51,041 nucleotides of DNA from Chara braunii (taxonomy: Eukaryota; Plantae; Charophyceae): assembly GCA_003427395.1 (NCBI GenBank), contig BFEA01000014.1, positions 4,984,520 to 5,035,560 of the forward strand, written 5' to 3'. Below, in pieces: positions 1-11,112 of the stretch. Both the position numbers and the translations under genes were made by a program. Position 1 is the stretch's first letter, and every line of letters begins with the position of its first letter. The notes under the pieces are model-generated. The model ran no database searches and was not told the DNA's origin. It saw nothing but the letters and a program-made list of their open reading frames with translations.

Positions 1-110
1 CACAAATGCCCCTGCATGTGGGCTTGCACGCATGCCCTCTGCCTGGGTGGTTTGCACAAATGCCCCTGCCGGTGTGATTTGCTCTCATGCCTCCCTGTAC
101 AGTTGTCAGC
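1..110. repeat. ~53-bp minisatellite (cacaaatgcccctgcatgtgggcttgcacgca...), partial; same unit as 6800-6974
   Basis: Unit repeats at 1 and ~55 and matches the array at 6800-6974. Confidence 0.75.
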
Positions 111-390
111 AGGGATTCCTGTAACCGTCTCAACGAAGGCCTTGGTTCGAGAGGACAACAGCTCCCGACCGTCGTAAACCCAGCGCACCCTCGCCAACCT
201 TTCTGATCGCAAGCGCCGTCCGACTGACACGATGCCGCCAAAAGGCTTGGATTCTCGGAGGAAACAGGTCGGCGGCACCAGGCAAATTTTGCGCAACTAG
301 ACGGTTCATAATTTTTTTACGTCGAGCAGAAACGTTTGTTGGGGAAAAGAAGCCCCGCGATACTTGTGGTTTAAAACTTTGAACATACTT

Positions 391-515
391 GGGGCATATT
401 CACACTTGGGACTTTTTCGACTCGGCTCTGGACGTGATTACAGTCAGAGTTATCTAGGTCAGGCTGCAATTTGGGTCAGATACATTTAGAAAAGTGCTGG
501 TGTGAGTATATTCCC
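391..515. mobile_element. PIF/Harbinger-like MITE, family H1 (TIR GGGCATACTCACAC-like)
   Basis: ggggcatattcacac...gtgtgagtatattccc imperfect TIRs; interior similar to 731-851 (inverted), 23458-23584 and 49272-49771. Confidence 0.65.
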
Positions 516-730
516 TTAATTGATCACATGCACTTGTGGTGTGAGCTGCTGTTGATTTTCCTGAGCCTCAGCTTTCGCCAGCAAGCCATCGACGTCACTG
601 TTCGAGCACAGGACAGGTTTACAGGTTTTTCTGACATATCAGTTAAGTGATGAAGGCTGGAAGACACAACATCCAGGCTATCTTCGTCAAGCTGCATACA
701 ATTGGCCATGGTTCCAACAAGGGAGTCCTA

Positions 731-851
731 GTGCATACTCACATTAGCACTTCGCCTAAATGTATCTGATTGCAAATACAGCCAGATGTGGCTGAATCCG
801 ACCACAATCGCATCCACAGCTTAGAAGAAAAAGTCCTAGTGTGAATGCTCC
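731..851. mobile_element. MITE family H1, degenerate inverted copy
   Basis: gtgcatactcacattagcac...gtcctagtgtgaatgctcc; reverse-complement similarity to 391-515. Confidence 0.55.
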
Positions 852-1164
852 ATGTCTGTGCCTCCTTACATGCATAGGCTTCGGCACATAACCCAAATGC
901 ATCAGGAATCAGGATTTGTTAAATCCACGAAAGGGCTATATATTGTCACAAAAGTATGAAATAAAAGAGGCGCACTTTGCGAAACAAATCGTAAAGATAA
1001 AAAACAAGACAAAAAGATGAGGGGCACACTGAAACCATTCATTTTTCTCATTTTTCTTTTAACTCCCACGTCACCGTGCCTCTCACGTACAAGGCTCGCC
1101 ATGTTGATGAAGTTGAGCGTGAGCTGCCCGCATCCCCGTGTGCCATAACAGCCCAATTGTACAC

Positions 1165-1679
1165 NNNNNNNNNNNNNNNNNNNNNNNNNNNNNNNNNNNN
1201 NNNNNNNNNNNNNNNNNNNNNNNNNNNNNNNNNNNNNNNNNNNNNNNNNNNNNNNNNNNNNNNNNNNNNNNNNNNNNNNNNNNNNNNNNNNNNNNNNNNN
1301 NNNNNNNNNNNNNNNNNNNNNNNNNNNNNNNNNNNNNNNNNNNNNNNNNNNNNNNNNNNNNNNNNNNNNNNNNNNNNNNNNNNNNNNNNNNNNNNNNNNN
1401 NNNNNNNNNNNNNNNNNNNNNNNNNNNNNNNNNNNNNNNNNNNNNNNNNNNNNNNNNNNNNNNNNNNNNNNNNNNNNNNNNNNNNNNNNNNNNNNNNNNN
1501 NNNNNNNNNNNNNNNNNNNNNNNNNNNNNNNNNNNNNNNNNNNNNNNNNNNNNNNNNNNNNNNNNNNNNNNNNNNNNNNNNNNNNNNNNNNNNNNNNNNN
1601 NNNNNNNNNNNNNNNNNNNNNNNNNNNNNNNNNNNNNNNNNNNNNNNNNNNNNNNNNNNNNNNNNNNNNNNNNNNNNNN
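1165..1679. other. Assembly gap (N run)
   Basis: N bases; further gaps at 6975-6987, 10377-10593, 26631-27099. Confidence 0.99.
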
Positions 1680-1722
1680 AGCCTCCTGATGAGTCGGTGA
1701 AACTCCGACGAAACAGTTTGTC
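1680..1722 (+). ncRNA. Hammerhead ribozyme, consensus core; 5' part lost in gap (type III inferred from the 20574-20634 homolog)
   Basis: CTGATGA (1686-1692), stem II GTCGG/CCGAC with loop TGAAACT, GAAA (1710-1713), stem III arm ACAGTTTGTC. Confidence 0.85.
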
Positions 1723-1789
1723 ACAGCCCCTCGTTTGTTGTCCTCTTCTCCCTCTCTGCCTACGGTTTACCGGGCAGTTCTATTTGACG

Positions 1790-1828
1790 ATATATATATA
1801 TATATAAATATATATAGATATATATATA
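1790..1828. repeat. (TA)n microsatellite
   Basis: Direct observation. Confidence 0.9.
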
Positions 1829-2149
1829 ACAAGGAGCTGTAAATCCTGGGTTGGTGCAAATACAAAATCTAACATGTGTGTATTGCACTGCATCCTCTTG
1901 GCTGTCTGATGCAGCGACCAGCAAGATGGTCGCTCGGTATCTGTGCCAACGGCGAGGAAGGAAGACGGCGCCTTCTCATAACTGACGCGGCTCCTCTTGG
2001 CTGGCTGACTGACGCAGCGACAATATGCTCGCTCAGTATCAGTGCCAGAGCTGAGGAAAGGAAGACGGCCTTCCCATGATCAGACTCTCTCCTCTCTCTT
2101 CATCTGTGGGAGCAAGCGTGCAATTGGAAAAATGGACATAACAGGGTTG

Positions 2150-2977
2150 TCAGACGGCATCGGTGCCAGAGGCAAGGGACAAAGGGGGGGGTCTTCTCGG
2201 CTGTGGGCTTTCCTCATCTGAGAGTAAACGCACAGTTGGAAGATCGGGCAATTCCTCTGACGAGCCAATACGCAAGAACGGTATATGGTATGAAGTCGTC
2301 CTCTCGACGCTAACTACGAGCGCGATGAGCAGCCACGATGTGTACGTTATCGCCCAATAGCTGCTAATTCCTGCAAACCCCCCCCAAGATATCAAATAGC
2401 CGACTATGATGCCTGAGAGATGTCCCAAGAAACTAGCTTGGGGCGCAATGATGTAGGTGAAAATGAGGGACTCGAAGGGGGCAAGACTGGCAGGCAGAGA
2501 TAGGAAGCCAAGGACTTGAATCTTCGACCCGGCCTGCTTCTGCGAGAGGATAGTCATCCAGCCAAAAATGACGCAGGAATACCCTACGGCGGTAACCCTC
2601 CAGTACCGTTCCAATTTCAGGCGATGAATCAAAAAGTGGTAGAACACGAGGACAAGCGCTAGCGACAAGATAACAAGCAGCAGCGTGTTCTTCAGGTAAT
2701 ACATCTTTCCCATTCCAGCGTGACCCAACTGCTCGACAACACCCACACTCCATAACGCACTCATGTTAAAGATCAGATGCAGAAAGCTAACATGGGAGAA
2801 CGTAGAGGTTATCACCCTCCAGTACTGCTTCCCCCGAACCACATCCTCGTAACTAATGCCGACGTCTCCGTACCCGAGCCCGGCCTTCTGAATGTAGACC
2901 CATACTCCTGTGCATATGGCGATCAACGCAGTGGTAATGGGTTTCTCGGCAATTTCGTAAACAAGTGGCTTTCCCAT
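2150..2977 (-). CDS. RBL13: Rhomboid-like intramembrane serine protease, plant RBL13 type, intronless, 275 aa
   Basis: YWR motif, HLIFN (HxxxN), catalytic GYS and GHLSG motifs, multiple TM segments; N-terminus MGKPLVYEIAEKP and VTAVGYSC/APFESLIF/PQASFLGHLSG blocks match plant RBL13 as I recall it. Confidence 0.92.
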   Translation of the reverse strand: MGKPLVYEIAEKPITTALIAICTGVWVYIQKAGLGYGDVGISYEDVVRGKQYWRVITSTFSHVSFLHLIFNMSALWSVGVVEQLGHAGMGKMYYLKNTLLLVILSLALVLVFYHFLIHRLKLERYWRVTAVGYSCVIFGWMTILSQKQAGSKIQVLGFLSLPASLAPFESLIFTYIIAPQASFLGHLSGIIVGYLISWGGFAGISSYWAITYTSWLLIALVVSVERTTSYHIPFLRIGSSEELPDLPTVRLLSDEESPQPRRPPPLSLASGTDAV

Positions 2978-3779
2978 CCGTACTTCGGTTCACCTTCTTT
3001 TCACCCTCCCCTCCCCTCCCTTTGCCTTCTTGTCTGCTCTTCGCGATTCGCCCCGTGTCGTTTTTCCTCGCTCCGCTTCCTTACCTGCTGCAGTGGAACA
3101 GGCACCACTTCATTCGCATACGCCAAGCGTGCAGAGCTCCACGTGAGATACGTGAACCCCCGACCTAACTAGCACCACGTCAGATTGCCCCCTAAGCCCC
3201 AGACCTTGTCGTCTGCTACCACTTCATCGGAGGCTCTTCACTCGCCTCCACAGCAAAAGAATTAACCATCTACGAAAGTCATAACACCATCACACTGGTA
3301 AACATTTCACAGCAGATCTCCCTCCACCCTCCGTCTTCCACCCTCTTCTTCTACATGCAGACGATTTACGCACACCCACATCACCTCTCTCATTACCCTC
3401 CTCCCCCGCCACCACGGCCAATGCCCCTACAGCCGTCAAGTGGCCACTACTGCGACCTTGCATACATAGCACACCGCACCTAATCCACCACCACTGCCAA
3501 TGCCCTGCAACGTCCAGAAAACCTTGCATGCATCGTGCACCCTAATCGCTGCCCCCTGTCAAATGGCCACTACCACGCCCATGACTCAAACAGTACGCTT
3601 CTCACAACCTCTCAATGAGAATCAACTTCAGCAGATGTTGCACGCACTTAGAGAAGGGAGGGCGGAAAGGCAACACAGCAGCAGAGACGATGGCACACAA
3701 ACCGCGGCCGACACTGCAACCCTTACGGTCGGTCATCTATGCTTTTCCCAATTATTAACAATATAATGTAAAAGCACAA

Positions 3780-3944
3780 TACATTAGCACTGTGGAAGAC
3801 TAGCATGGAAGGGTGGAGCTGTCATTTCTCGTCTCCCAACGGAATTACGTGCGTGCCATTTACATTCGCACTGTGGAAGACTAGCATGGAAGGAGGGAGC
3901 TGTCATTTCTCGTCTCCCAATGGAATTACGTGCGTGCCATTTAC
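3780..3944. repeat. Tandem duplication, 2 x 81 bp
   Basis: tacattagcactgtggaagactagcatggaa...gtgcgtgccatt repeated with few mismatches. Confidence 0.9.
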
Positions 3945-4102
3945 TGCCTCATGTGCACCTTGCCGGTTCCGGCGTTGACGTCACGAAAGACAACGGAAAC
4001 CTTGTGCTGTTCGTCCCTGATTACCTACACCATATCACAAAAGGGGAAAAGGCAGACTCGTTCACACACCGATGTACGAAACCACCAAGATAATATGCAT
4101 TT

Positions 4103-4212
4103 TGCCCTTCGGGACATTTGTTAAAATTGGACCGATGCACAGAAGACTAGCATGGAAAAAAAAAAAAAAAAAAAAAAAAAAAGAAGAAGAAGAAGAAGAA
4201 GATAATAATATC
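4103..4212 (+). pseudogene. 3'-truncated U6 snRNA retrocopy with poly(A)/(GAA)n tail and 11-bp TSD
   Basis: gcccttcgggacatttgttaaaattggaccgatgcacagaagactagcatgg aligns to the 5' half of plant U6; A-run from 4156; ataatatgcat at 4090-4100 and 4213-4223. Confidence 0.85.
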
Positions 4213-4603
4213 ATAATATGCATACTATACCTGCCTTTGCCTGAATGGCACACATAGAGCACACACATAAACTGACATTTCATTAAAACTGACATTTTTT
4301 TTTCTAAATTCACGAAAATCGACTTAACTTCACTTAAGTCAAACTTTCATTGCTCATTGGGTAAGAAAGTGGTCATCTCACATTGTCCATCTGATGTACC
4401 TCAACGTAAAGTACCATTAACATACATCCGAGATCCTGGGGACAAAAAACGTTAAAAAATGCTGTTTTGTTCGTACGCCCAATTTTTGTGAATTTGGAAA
4501 AAACATGTCAGTCTTACCGAAACGTCAGTTCATACAGATCTTGCCGATAGATCAATGACATGTGTTTGAATCCTGATGTGATCAGAAAAGTACAATAACC
4601 CTA

Positions 4604-4708
4604 CCTTCTTCAGCGGAATAGAAGACCCGGTAATTATTGCCATATCTGGACTGAAAGTTGCACCAAATACAGTTATCATGACCGGGCATTCTATTCGGGT
4701 GAAGAAGG
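4604..4708. mobile_element. 105-bp TA-flanked hairpin MITE, family T (Tc1/mariner-pogo-like)
   Basis: TA-ccttcttcagcggaatagaa...ttctattcgggtgaagaagg-TA. Confidence 0.8.
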
Positions 4709-4890
4709 TAGGGGGATAACCCTGTTGAAAAGCACAATATGCACAGTGCAGTTTTTTTGCACACTCGTTCAAAAACAGATGTCCGAACCAACCAGGATAA
4801 CAACCAAAAAAAAAAAAGGATAATATACATAGACAAATATTATACATATTAGTATTATGGAAAATAATTGTACTGGACTTCGGTTGAATG

Positions 4891-5066
4891 GCACACACAT
4901 GCAGCTCTCTTGATAGACAGATCATGAGTTCGGATCAAGATGATGCCACCAGAAGGGTAAAATAACCTTAGGGCCTAANACACACATGCAGCTCTCTTGA
5001 TAGACAGATCATGAGTTCGGATCAAGATGATGCCACCAGAAGGGTAAAATAACCTTAGGGCCTAAG
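4891..5066. other. Duplicated contig overlap across a single N (4979)
   Basis: Identical ~86-bp block on each side of the N. Confidence 0.8.
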
Positions 5067-5337
5067 CCCGTTCAAAAAGACAATATAGTAACATATATAC
5101 ACGTTGCAGTTTTTTTAAACTTTTTTTCGCATGCGCTGTTGATCACCGATCCTGTATCGCAAAGGGGGGGGGGGGTTCCGAAATGAAGGTATATGTTTGC
5201 ATAGTATGGCACAGTATTCAAACCTGCAGGGTAGCATGCACATAGCATAAGGCAGGGGACATACATAGGCCTAAAGTTGGATCAATCACATACTGAGAAA
5301 ATTGATGAGCAAGAGGGTGTGTGCAATTCCTAGCTAA

Positions 5338-6030
5338 CGAGTGAGCCAGTGTGTGCGAGTGGAAGTTAGAGCAAGCTAGTGGAAGTGAGTCCAAGCAAGA
5401 GCAGGCAAATGTAAGCAGCCAAGTCCTCAGCGAGTGGAGAACTGAGTGACTGCACAGGCAACCAAGTGAGTGAGTGAGTGAGTGAGTGAGTGAGTGAGTG
5501 AGTGAGTGAGTGAGTGAGTGAGTGAGTGAGTGAGCGACTGAGTGAGTGAGTGAGTGACTGAGAGAGTGAATGAGTGAGTGAGTGAATGAGTGAAAGAGTG
5601 GAGTGTGGAGTGTGTGGAATGAGTGGGTGAGTGAGTGGAGAGGTGAGTGACGGCACAAGCAACCGAGTGAGGGAATAAGTAAGTGAGTGAGTAAGTGAAA
5701 GAGTGGAGCGAGCGGAATGAGCGAGTGACTGACTGACTGAGTGAGGGGAGAAGTTAGTGACTGCACAGGCAACCGAGTGAGTGAGTGAGTGAGTGAGTGA
5801 GTGAGTGAGTGAGTGAGTGGAGTGGAGTTGTGTGAGTGGAGCGAGTCTGTGCGAGAGTGAGTAAGTGGAGGGAGTGGAGTAAGTGGGTGAGTCGAGTGAG
5901 TAGAGGCAGTGGGTGAGTGGAGTGAGTGGCGTGAGTGGAGTGAGTGGAGTGAGTGGAGAGTGGATCGAGGGTTGTGACTGGAGTGAGTGAGTGAGTAAGT
6001 GGGTGGGTGGGTGGGTGATTGGGTAAGTGG
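5338..6030. repeat. (GAGT)n / GAGTG-rich compound microsatellite
   Basis: Direct observation; explains the LTHS-repeat ORFs. Confidence 0.92.
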
Positions 6031-6056
6031 ATACTCTCTCTCTCTCTCTCTCTCTC

Positions 6057-6094
6057 CTGTCTCTTATACACATCTAGATGTGTATAAGAGACAG
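6057..6094. other. Nextera mate-pair junction adapter (artefact)
   Basis: Exact CTGTCTCTTATACACATCT-AGATGTGTATAAGAGACAG, two back-to-back Tn5 mosaic ends. Confidence 0.98.
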
Positions 6095-6247
6095 AGCATA
6101 CACAGTCAAACTCCCTCTCTCCTTATCTTCCGTACCGTAAGTGGCATTTACCATGGATCCCCAGTTTTGGGAACACATCACCACCCGCCTCACCTGCACC
6201 TCTCCCTTCCCTCTCCAACTGCTGCAGCAAGCTAGGGCCACAGCCTG

Positions 6248-6354
6248 CCTTCTTCACCCGAATAGAACGCCCAGTCATTATCGCCATATCTAGACTTAAA
6301 CCCGAAAACCAAAAATAGTAAAATACAGCTATAATGACCGGGAGACAGGTTCGG
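6248..6354. mobile_element. MITE family T, degenerate
   Basis: ccttcttcacccgaatagaacgcc...atacagctataatgaccggg. Confidence 0.7.
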
Positions 6355-6799
6355 TAGTCATCTTCCATTTGACCTCCTCAGAGGCATATCAAAGCTCTTT
6401 CTCGCCATTTTCGTTCACGTCAGGTAGACATTATCTTGATGCCATCCTTGTAGCGGAACCAAACTCATTGGGCGTCGCTACGCTACACATCTGATTCATT
6501 ACTCTACATGCATTTGGACGCTCTCTGGACCTGATAGCGTGCTGTAGAGGAACCAACACATTTGCATGGATGCTAGCTGAACTTCTGCTAGCAACCAGCA
6601 TGTCCGTCTGGGCTCCTTGCTGCAAAATTCCGGCCACGCCCATCCCAGCTCTACAACCTCGCAGGCACATCAAAACTCTTCCTTGCCAATTTCAAGTGCA
6701 TCAGGTGGCCATTATTTTGATGCCGCTGCTGTACAGAAATCTCAGAAATTGCCTGGGTGCTGGCTCAACAGCTAGCTAGCAAAAGCTGCCAGCCTGCCA

Positions 6800-6974
6800 G
6801 TCCCTGCGTGTCGGCTTGCACGCACGCCTCTGCCTGGGTGGTTATGCACAAGTGCCCCTGCATGTGGGCTTGCACGCACACCTCTGCCTGGGTGGTCGTG
6901 CACAAATGCCCCTGCATGTGGGCTCACACGCACGCCACTGCCTAGGTGGTTGTGCACAAATGCCCCTGCATGTG
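6800..6974. repeat. ~54-bp minisatellite, 3+ units, followed by gap and (CT)n(CA)n
   Basis: cctgcatgtgggcttgcacgcacacctctgcctgggtggt.gtgcacaaatgcc repeated. Confidence 0.85.
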
Positions 6975-6987
6975 NNNNNNNNNNNNN

Positions 6988-7041
<54 letters not shown>

Positions 7042-7498
7042 ACACAACACACACACACACACACACAACACACACAGACATGGCTCTCCTCATAAGTTCT
7101 TAAAATTTCAGTAGTTATATGCCATGGCTGCTTCTCCCTCGTTTTGCAGGAACTGCACACAGTTAGTGATGGCAGGTACACAGAGTATGCAGCCAAGAAC
7201 AGGTCAGACCAACAATCTGGGGGTTTCTGGCATGCACATTGATGGGCCACACCTCTGCGCTGATCACACACCTCCCGAGGAGCAGCTACCTTCCTCTCCC
7301 GAACAGAAGGCATGGTCATTATAGTTGAATTTAGGGGAACTTCTAGCGAGATACAGGTATAATAACCATGCCTTGTATTTGAGGGAACAGCGTAAGCACT
7401 GTGACTCTGTGAGTGACGTACACTAGCCTTGATCACTAGAAAAAAAGGTATAATGGCCATGCCTTGTGTTCAAGGGAAAAATACAGCATTATGACCTA

Positions 7499-7841
7499 CG
7501 TAGCACCGTGCTCACATTCGGAGGCGAACGCGAACATGTTCGCCCGAACGCGAACAAGCGCCCAAAACCCTTCGAACGCAAACATAAAAAATATTAAAAA
7601 AAAAAAAAAAACCTTCTCAGAAAAATCTGGAAAAAGTATATGTTATGTAAAATAAGAATACAAGCAACTTTCGCCTTGGAGTCATGTTCAAATTCGTAGC
7701 CAATCATGAGTTAAAAATCAAAAACCGATTTTATTTTTTTTTACGAAAAAAAAAAATGTTCGCCCGAACATGTTCGCGAGCTGTTCGGGCGAACGCGCGA
7801 ACTAGTTCGCGCGAACGTGCGAACACGTTCGCCGTGCTACG
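7499..7841. mobile_element. MITE with CGTAGCAC TIRs and subterminal GCGAAC/GTTCGC repeats (hAT-like)
   Basis: cgtagcaccg...ccgtgctacg; many cgaac motifs at both ends; no clear TSD. Confidence 0.6.
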
Positions 7842-7874
7842 CAGAATTTGTGACTCTGTGAGTGACATACACGA

Positions 7875-8223
7875 CCGTCTTCCCCCGAACATAACGCACA
7901 TGCGTTGTATTCGAGTTTTAGAAAAAAAACGCACAAACTCAAATAGAACGCATAAGAGTCGTATTCGGAAATCAGAGCTGTTCAAATACAATGCATATGT
8001 GTTGTATTCGAATAGAAAGCAATCTATTGGTTGTATCCGTTTACAACACATATACGTTGTATTCGAGTTTTCAAAAAAAAATCGAACAAACTGCATATGA
8101 GTTGTATTTTTTTCAGAAACACGGGCTGTTCGAATAGAACGCCTATGCATTGTATTCAAATAGAACGCAATCTAATGTGTTGTATTCGTTTCCAATGCAT
8201 GTGTTATGTTCAGGGGAATATGG
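7875..8223. mobile_element. Longer MITE of family T with internal tgtattcg repeats
   Basis: ccgtcttcccccgaacataac...gttatgttcaggggaatatgg-TA. Confidence 0.7.
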
Positions 8224-8284
8224 TAGCATGTATTACTAACAACGTTCCCCAAAGCTAGCCAAAAACACAGGGGAGCCCTGGCTA

Positions 8285-8389
8285 CCGTCTTCACCCGAAT
8301 AGAACGCCCCGTCATTATAGCTGCATTTGGCCCAACTTTCAGTCCAGATGCAGCGATAATGACCGGGGGTTCTATTCGGGTGAAGACGG
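8285..8389. mobile_element. 105-bp MITE family T, best-preserved copy
   Basis: TA-ccgtcttcacccgaatagaac...gttctattcgggtgaagacgg-TA; perfect 21-bp TIR, inverted pairing extends further inward. Confidence 0.88.
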
Positions 8390-8892
8390 TAGTTGGCTCC
8401 AGGTGAGGACTGGTACCACTCAGCCATCAGATGAGCCCTGGCTAGTTGGATAACGCTGGTGCCGGCAGATCCACCTGATGGCAAAATCGTACCACATTAC
8501 CAAACAGGTACCCCTGGTTAACCAGCAAAGTCACCGCCTAACCCAGTTTAACAAGCCAAGTCCCAGTCAACCACCGAAGTCCCTGGTTAACCCCATTTAA
8601 CCAACAAGGTCCCATTTTAACCAACAGAGTAGTGCCCAGTCAACCAAGGTTAACCAACCAACTACCAGGTTAACCCCTTTTTTGAAGTGTTCCCAAAAAG
8701 GGGCAGGTACTTCCACTAAAAGGCTGGCAAACCGGTCCCGTGTCCCTCTCCGCACGTCATTACTTACGCAACGCTTCTCTCTTCCTTTGGTATGACCGAG
8801 AGACCCCAAGACAGTGACGTTGATTACTTCATTGCTACGGAGGATTCACCACCGCTCCATTGCTGCTTGGCCTGTGTTATAGTTACCTCCTA

Positions 8893-9006
8893 CCGTCGCT
8901 TCCCCCGAACGCAACGCACCCTCAGCTTGGCTGAACCAGACCGGAAAGATAGCTTGAAAAACATTCATTATCCTTATCAGGGTATGTTATGTTCGGCGGA
9001 AGACGG
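8893..9006. mobile_element. MITE family T-related
   Basis: TA-ccgtcgcttcccccgaac...gttcggcggaagacgg. Confidence 0.6.
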
Positions 9007-10335
9007 TCGTGGGTTGATTCAACTCACTCCTTGCTTCTTCTTTCGTCTTTCACTTCTTGATGTCATTCTCTTCTATGTTTCCATTATTTCTCCGCGAGGC
9101 AACTCTTGTCCTTGGCTCAAATTTGGGTTTCGCATCATGATTGAACTTGTCAAACATAGCACAAAAACATTTTAGGCACCATCTCGACCAGGACATGTGC
9201 GCCCCCCCCCCCCCACCCACCCCCACCCCACCTGGACCGATCATTTTCCATCATAGAAATGTCCAGGCTTCGCAGTTCTGCTTTGGGTACCATCACGATA
9301 ATCTTCACTGGTGCCCATAGGCAGCTTTGTCGATACTGCTGTGGGTGTCGCGCGGCAGTGACCCTCCCTCACCGCAGTAGGCAGTTTTTTTTTTGTTATA
9401 CAAATCAATATATCGATGCCACAGCACCGGGAGTTCTATTCGGGTGAAGACGGTAGCTGCCGACAACACTGTCGGATGGCCACATGCCAAGGTCTCACCG
9501 ATAACAGGTAGGGAGATGCATGCTAATTTGCAGTTGCAGCCAGGACTAGCCCTGGCCTACACTGGAAACAAGCGCAAGTCAACGTACGTACTGCATAGGG
9601 GTATGCGGTTACCACCATCCTTTCCCCAAAGAGGGATAATAAGCCTTTAACTTGCTAACGCCCTTAGGGTAGTACAAGCTTAAACCACCACTACCTTTCT
9701 CAGTGCTGGGAAAAATGGGTGTCACACCGCATTTTTAGGGAGGTCCCGACTAGGCTCGGCGGAAAGGAAGTGTTCGGGGCCTATGGACCCGTTTGAAAAA
9801 AAAAAAAAAGGTTGTATCGATTGGAATGATGTCGGGACGGCCGTTGCCCAGGGCATACTCACATTCGTACTATCCAGAATGTATCTTGCCAGGATTACCG
9901 TCCTCTCCCCAAAGAGGTATAATAAGCCTTTAACTTGCTAACGCCCTAGTACAAGCTTAAGGCACATGTGCATGCTATCTGCCCTACTGCATGTACCAAA
10001 GGGCCCTTCTTGAAGGCAATGAGACTAAAACCCACAACCTCCACTATGTGGATCTGAGGCCTTCCCAGATGCGCTAAGCAGCTGCAACAACCATTCCGTC
10101 AAAATGGAGATTTTCAGATCATGTTCTACTAAGTCGTGAAATTGCATTCATCTGATCGGGTGTTTTCTTGGGATGAGTTGGGGATTCCCACATAATCATT
10201 AATAATGGCTCACAGCAGTGACATGGCAATAACATGGCATTCATTGTCACTGTTGCAACAACATGGCTCTCACGACTGGTATGGCAGCACTTGATGAAAG
10301 TCAGTTGCTTCTGACTCATAGCAATGAATGCTATG

Positions 10336-10376
<41 letters not shown>

Positions 10377-10986
10377 NNNNNNNNNNNNNNNNNNNNNNNN
10401 NNNNNNNNNNNNNNNNNNNNNNNNNNNNNNNNNNNNNNNNNNNNNNNNNNNNNNNNNNNNNNNNNNNNNNNNNNNNNNNNNNNNNNNNNNNNNNNNNNNN
10501 NNNNNNNNNNNNNNNNNNNNNNNNNNNNNNNNNNNNNNNNNNNNNNNNNNNNNNNNNNNNNNNNNNNNNNNNNNNNNNNNNNNNNNNNNNNNNCACACAC
10601 ACACACACACACACACGCACACACAGATTACAGGAAAAAGGAAAGAAGATTGGAAAGCCAGCGAAAGGAGAAAGTTTTAAGAAAACCTTTCAGGGAGCGG
10701 AAGCAGAACGGCAGGTGAATCCAGCAAAAAGAAACCGCAGGTAAAAGACAACAAAGGAGCTCATGTAAGGCGGGAGGAAATCAGAACACAGGCGGGCAAA
10801 AGAGAACAGGAGGGCTGCCCGAGCACAAGGAGCAGGCTGAAGGAGGGCACCACACGACCAGAGAGAAGAAGATTCAAACCCCAAACCCTGAGCTCCTGGA
10901 ACAGGGACTGGTCCCTAAGTCGCTCAGTCACGAATAACTGGATCAGGAAAAGGGATCCCATAGGAAAAGAAGAGCACTCGGACACA

Positions 10987-11112
10987 AAGTCTTTGTTAAA
11001 CCCAAAGACTGCAACTGGTTAAGTATACATTATTCCACGAGTGATGAGTTAACCCGGCCGGCGTACGCATATGCCGGAAAAATCCGTGTGACTGTCTGCC
11101 GAAAAAAAAAGA
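10987..11112 (+). mobile_element. Short non-LTR retroposon 3' fragment with A-tail and 17-bp TSD
   Basis: aagagcactcggacaca at 10970-10986 and 11113-11129; internal ccggc..gccgg hairpin; A-run before second TSD. Confidence 0.7.

Larger units (their letters stand above)
944..1789 (+). mobile_element. Non-coding LTR-like unit carrying a hammerhead ribozyme (retrozyme-like); middle hidden by N-gap
   Basis: Starts TGTCACA (944), ends TTTGACG (1789), flanked by ATAT in (TA)n. The 5' part (1076-1164) matches 24178-24275 and 24478-24572; the 3' part matches the reverse complement of 23958-24066. Confidence 0.6.

Noticed and set aside
1686-1740. Reading the ribozyme as a minimal type I (Penelope-type) hammerhead cleaving at GTC 1722
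   Set aside because: Bases after 1722 (acagcc) cannot pair with those before the core (gcctc); the complete homolog at 20574-20634 folds cleanly as type III
1076-1807. Long ORFs spanning N runs (also 10119-10744, 26017-27251)
   Set aside because: Open only because N codons contain no stops
3135-3185. CACGTG/CACGTC boxes as RBL13 promoter elements
   Set aside because: Short motifs expected by chance; transcription start unknown
5218-6073. LTHS-, RE-, CV- and HT-repeat ORFs (also 28613-30692)
   Set aside because: Translations of microsatellites
6057-6094. Genuine Tn5 insertion or horizontal transfer
   Set aside because: Back-to-back synthetic mosaic ends are the Nextera junction adapter
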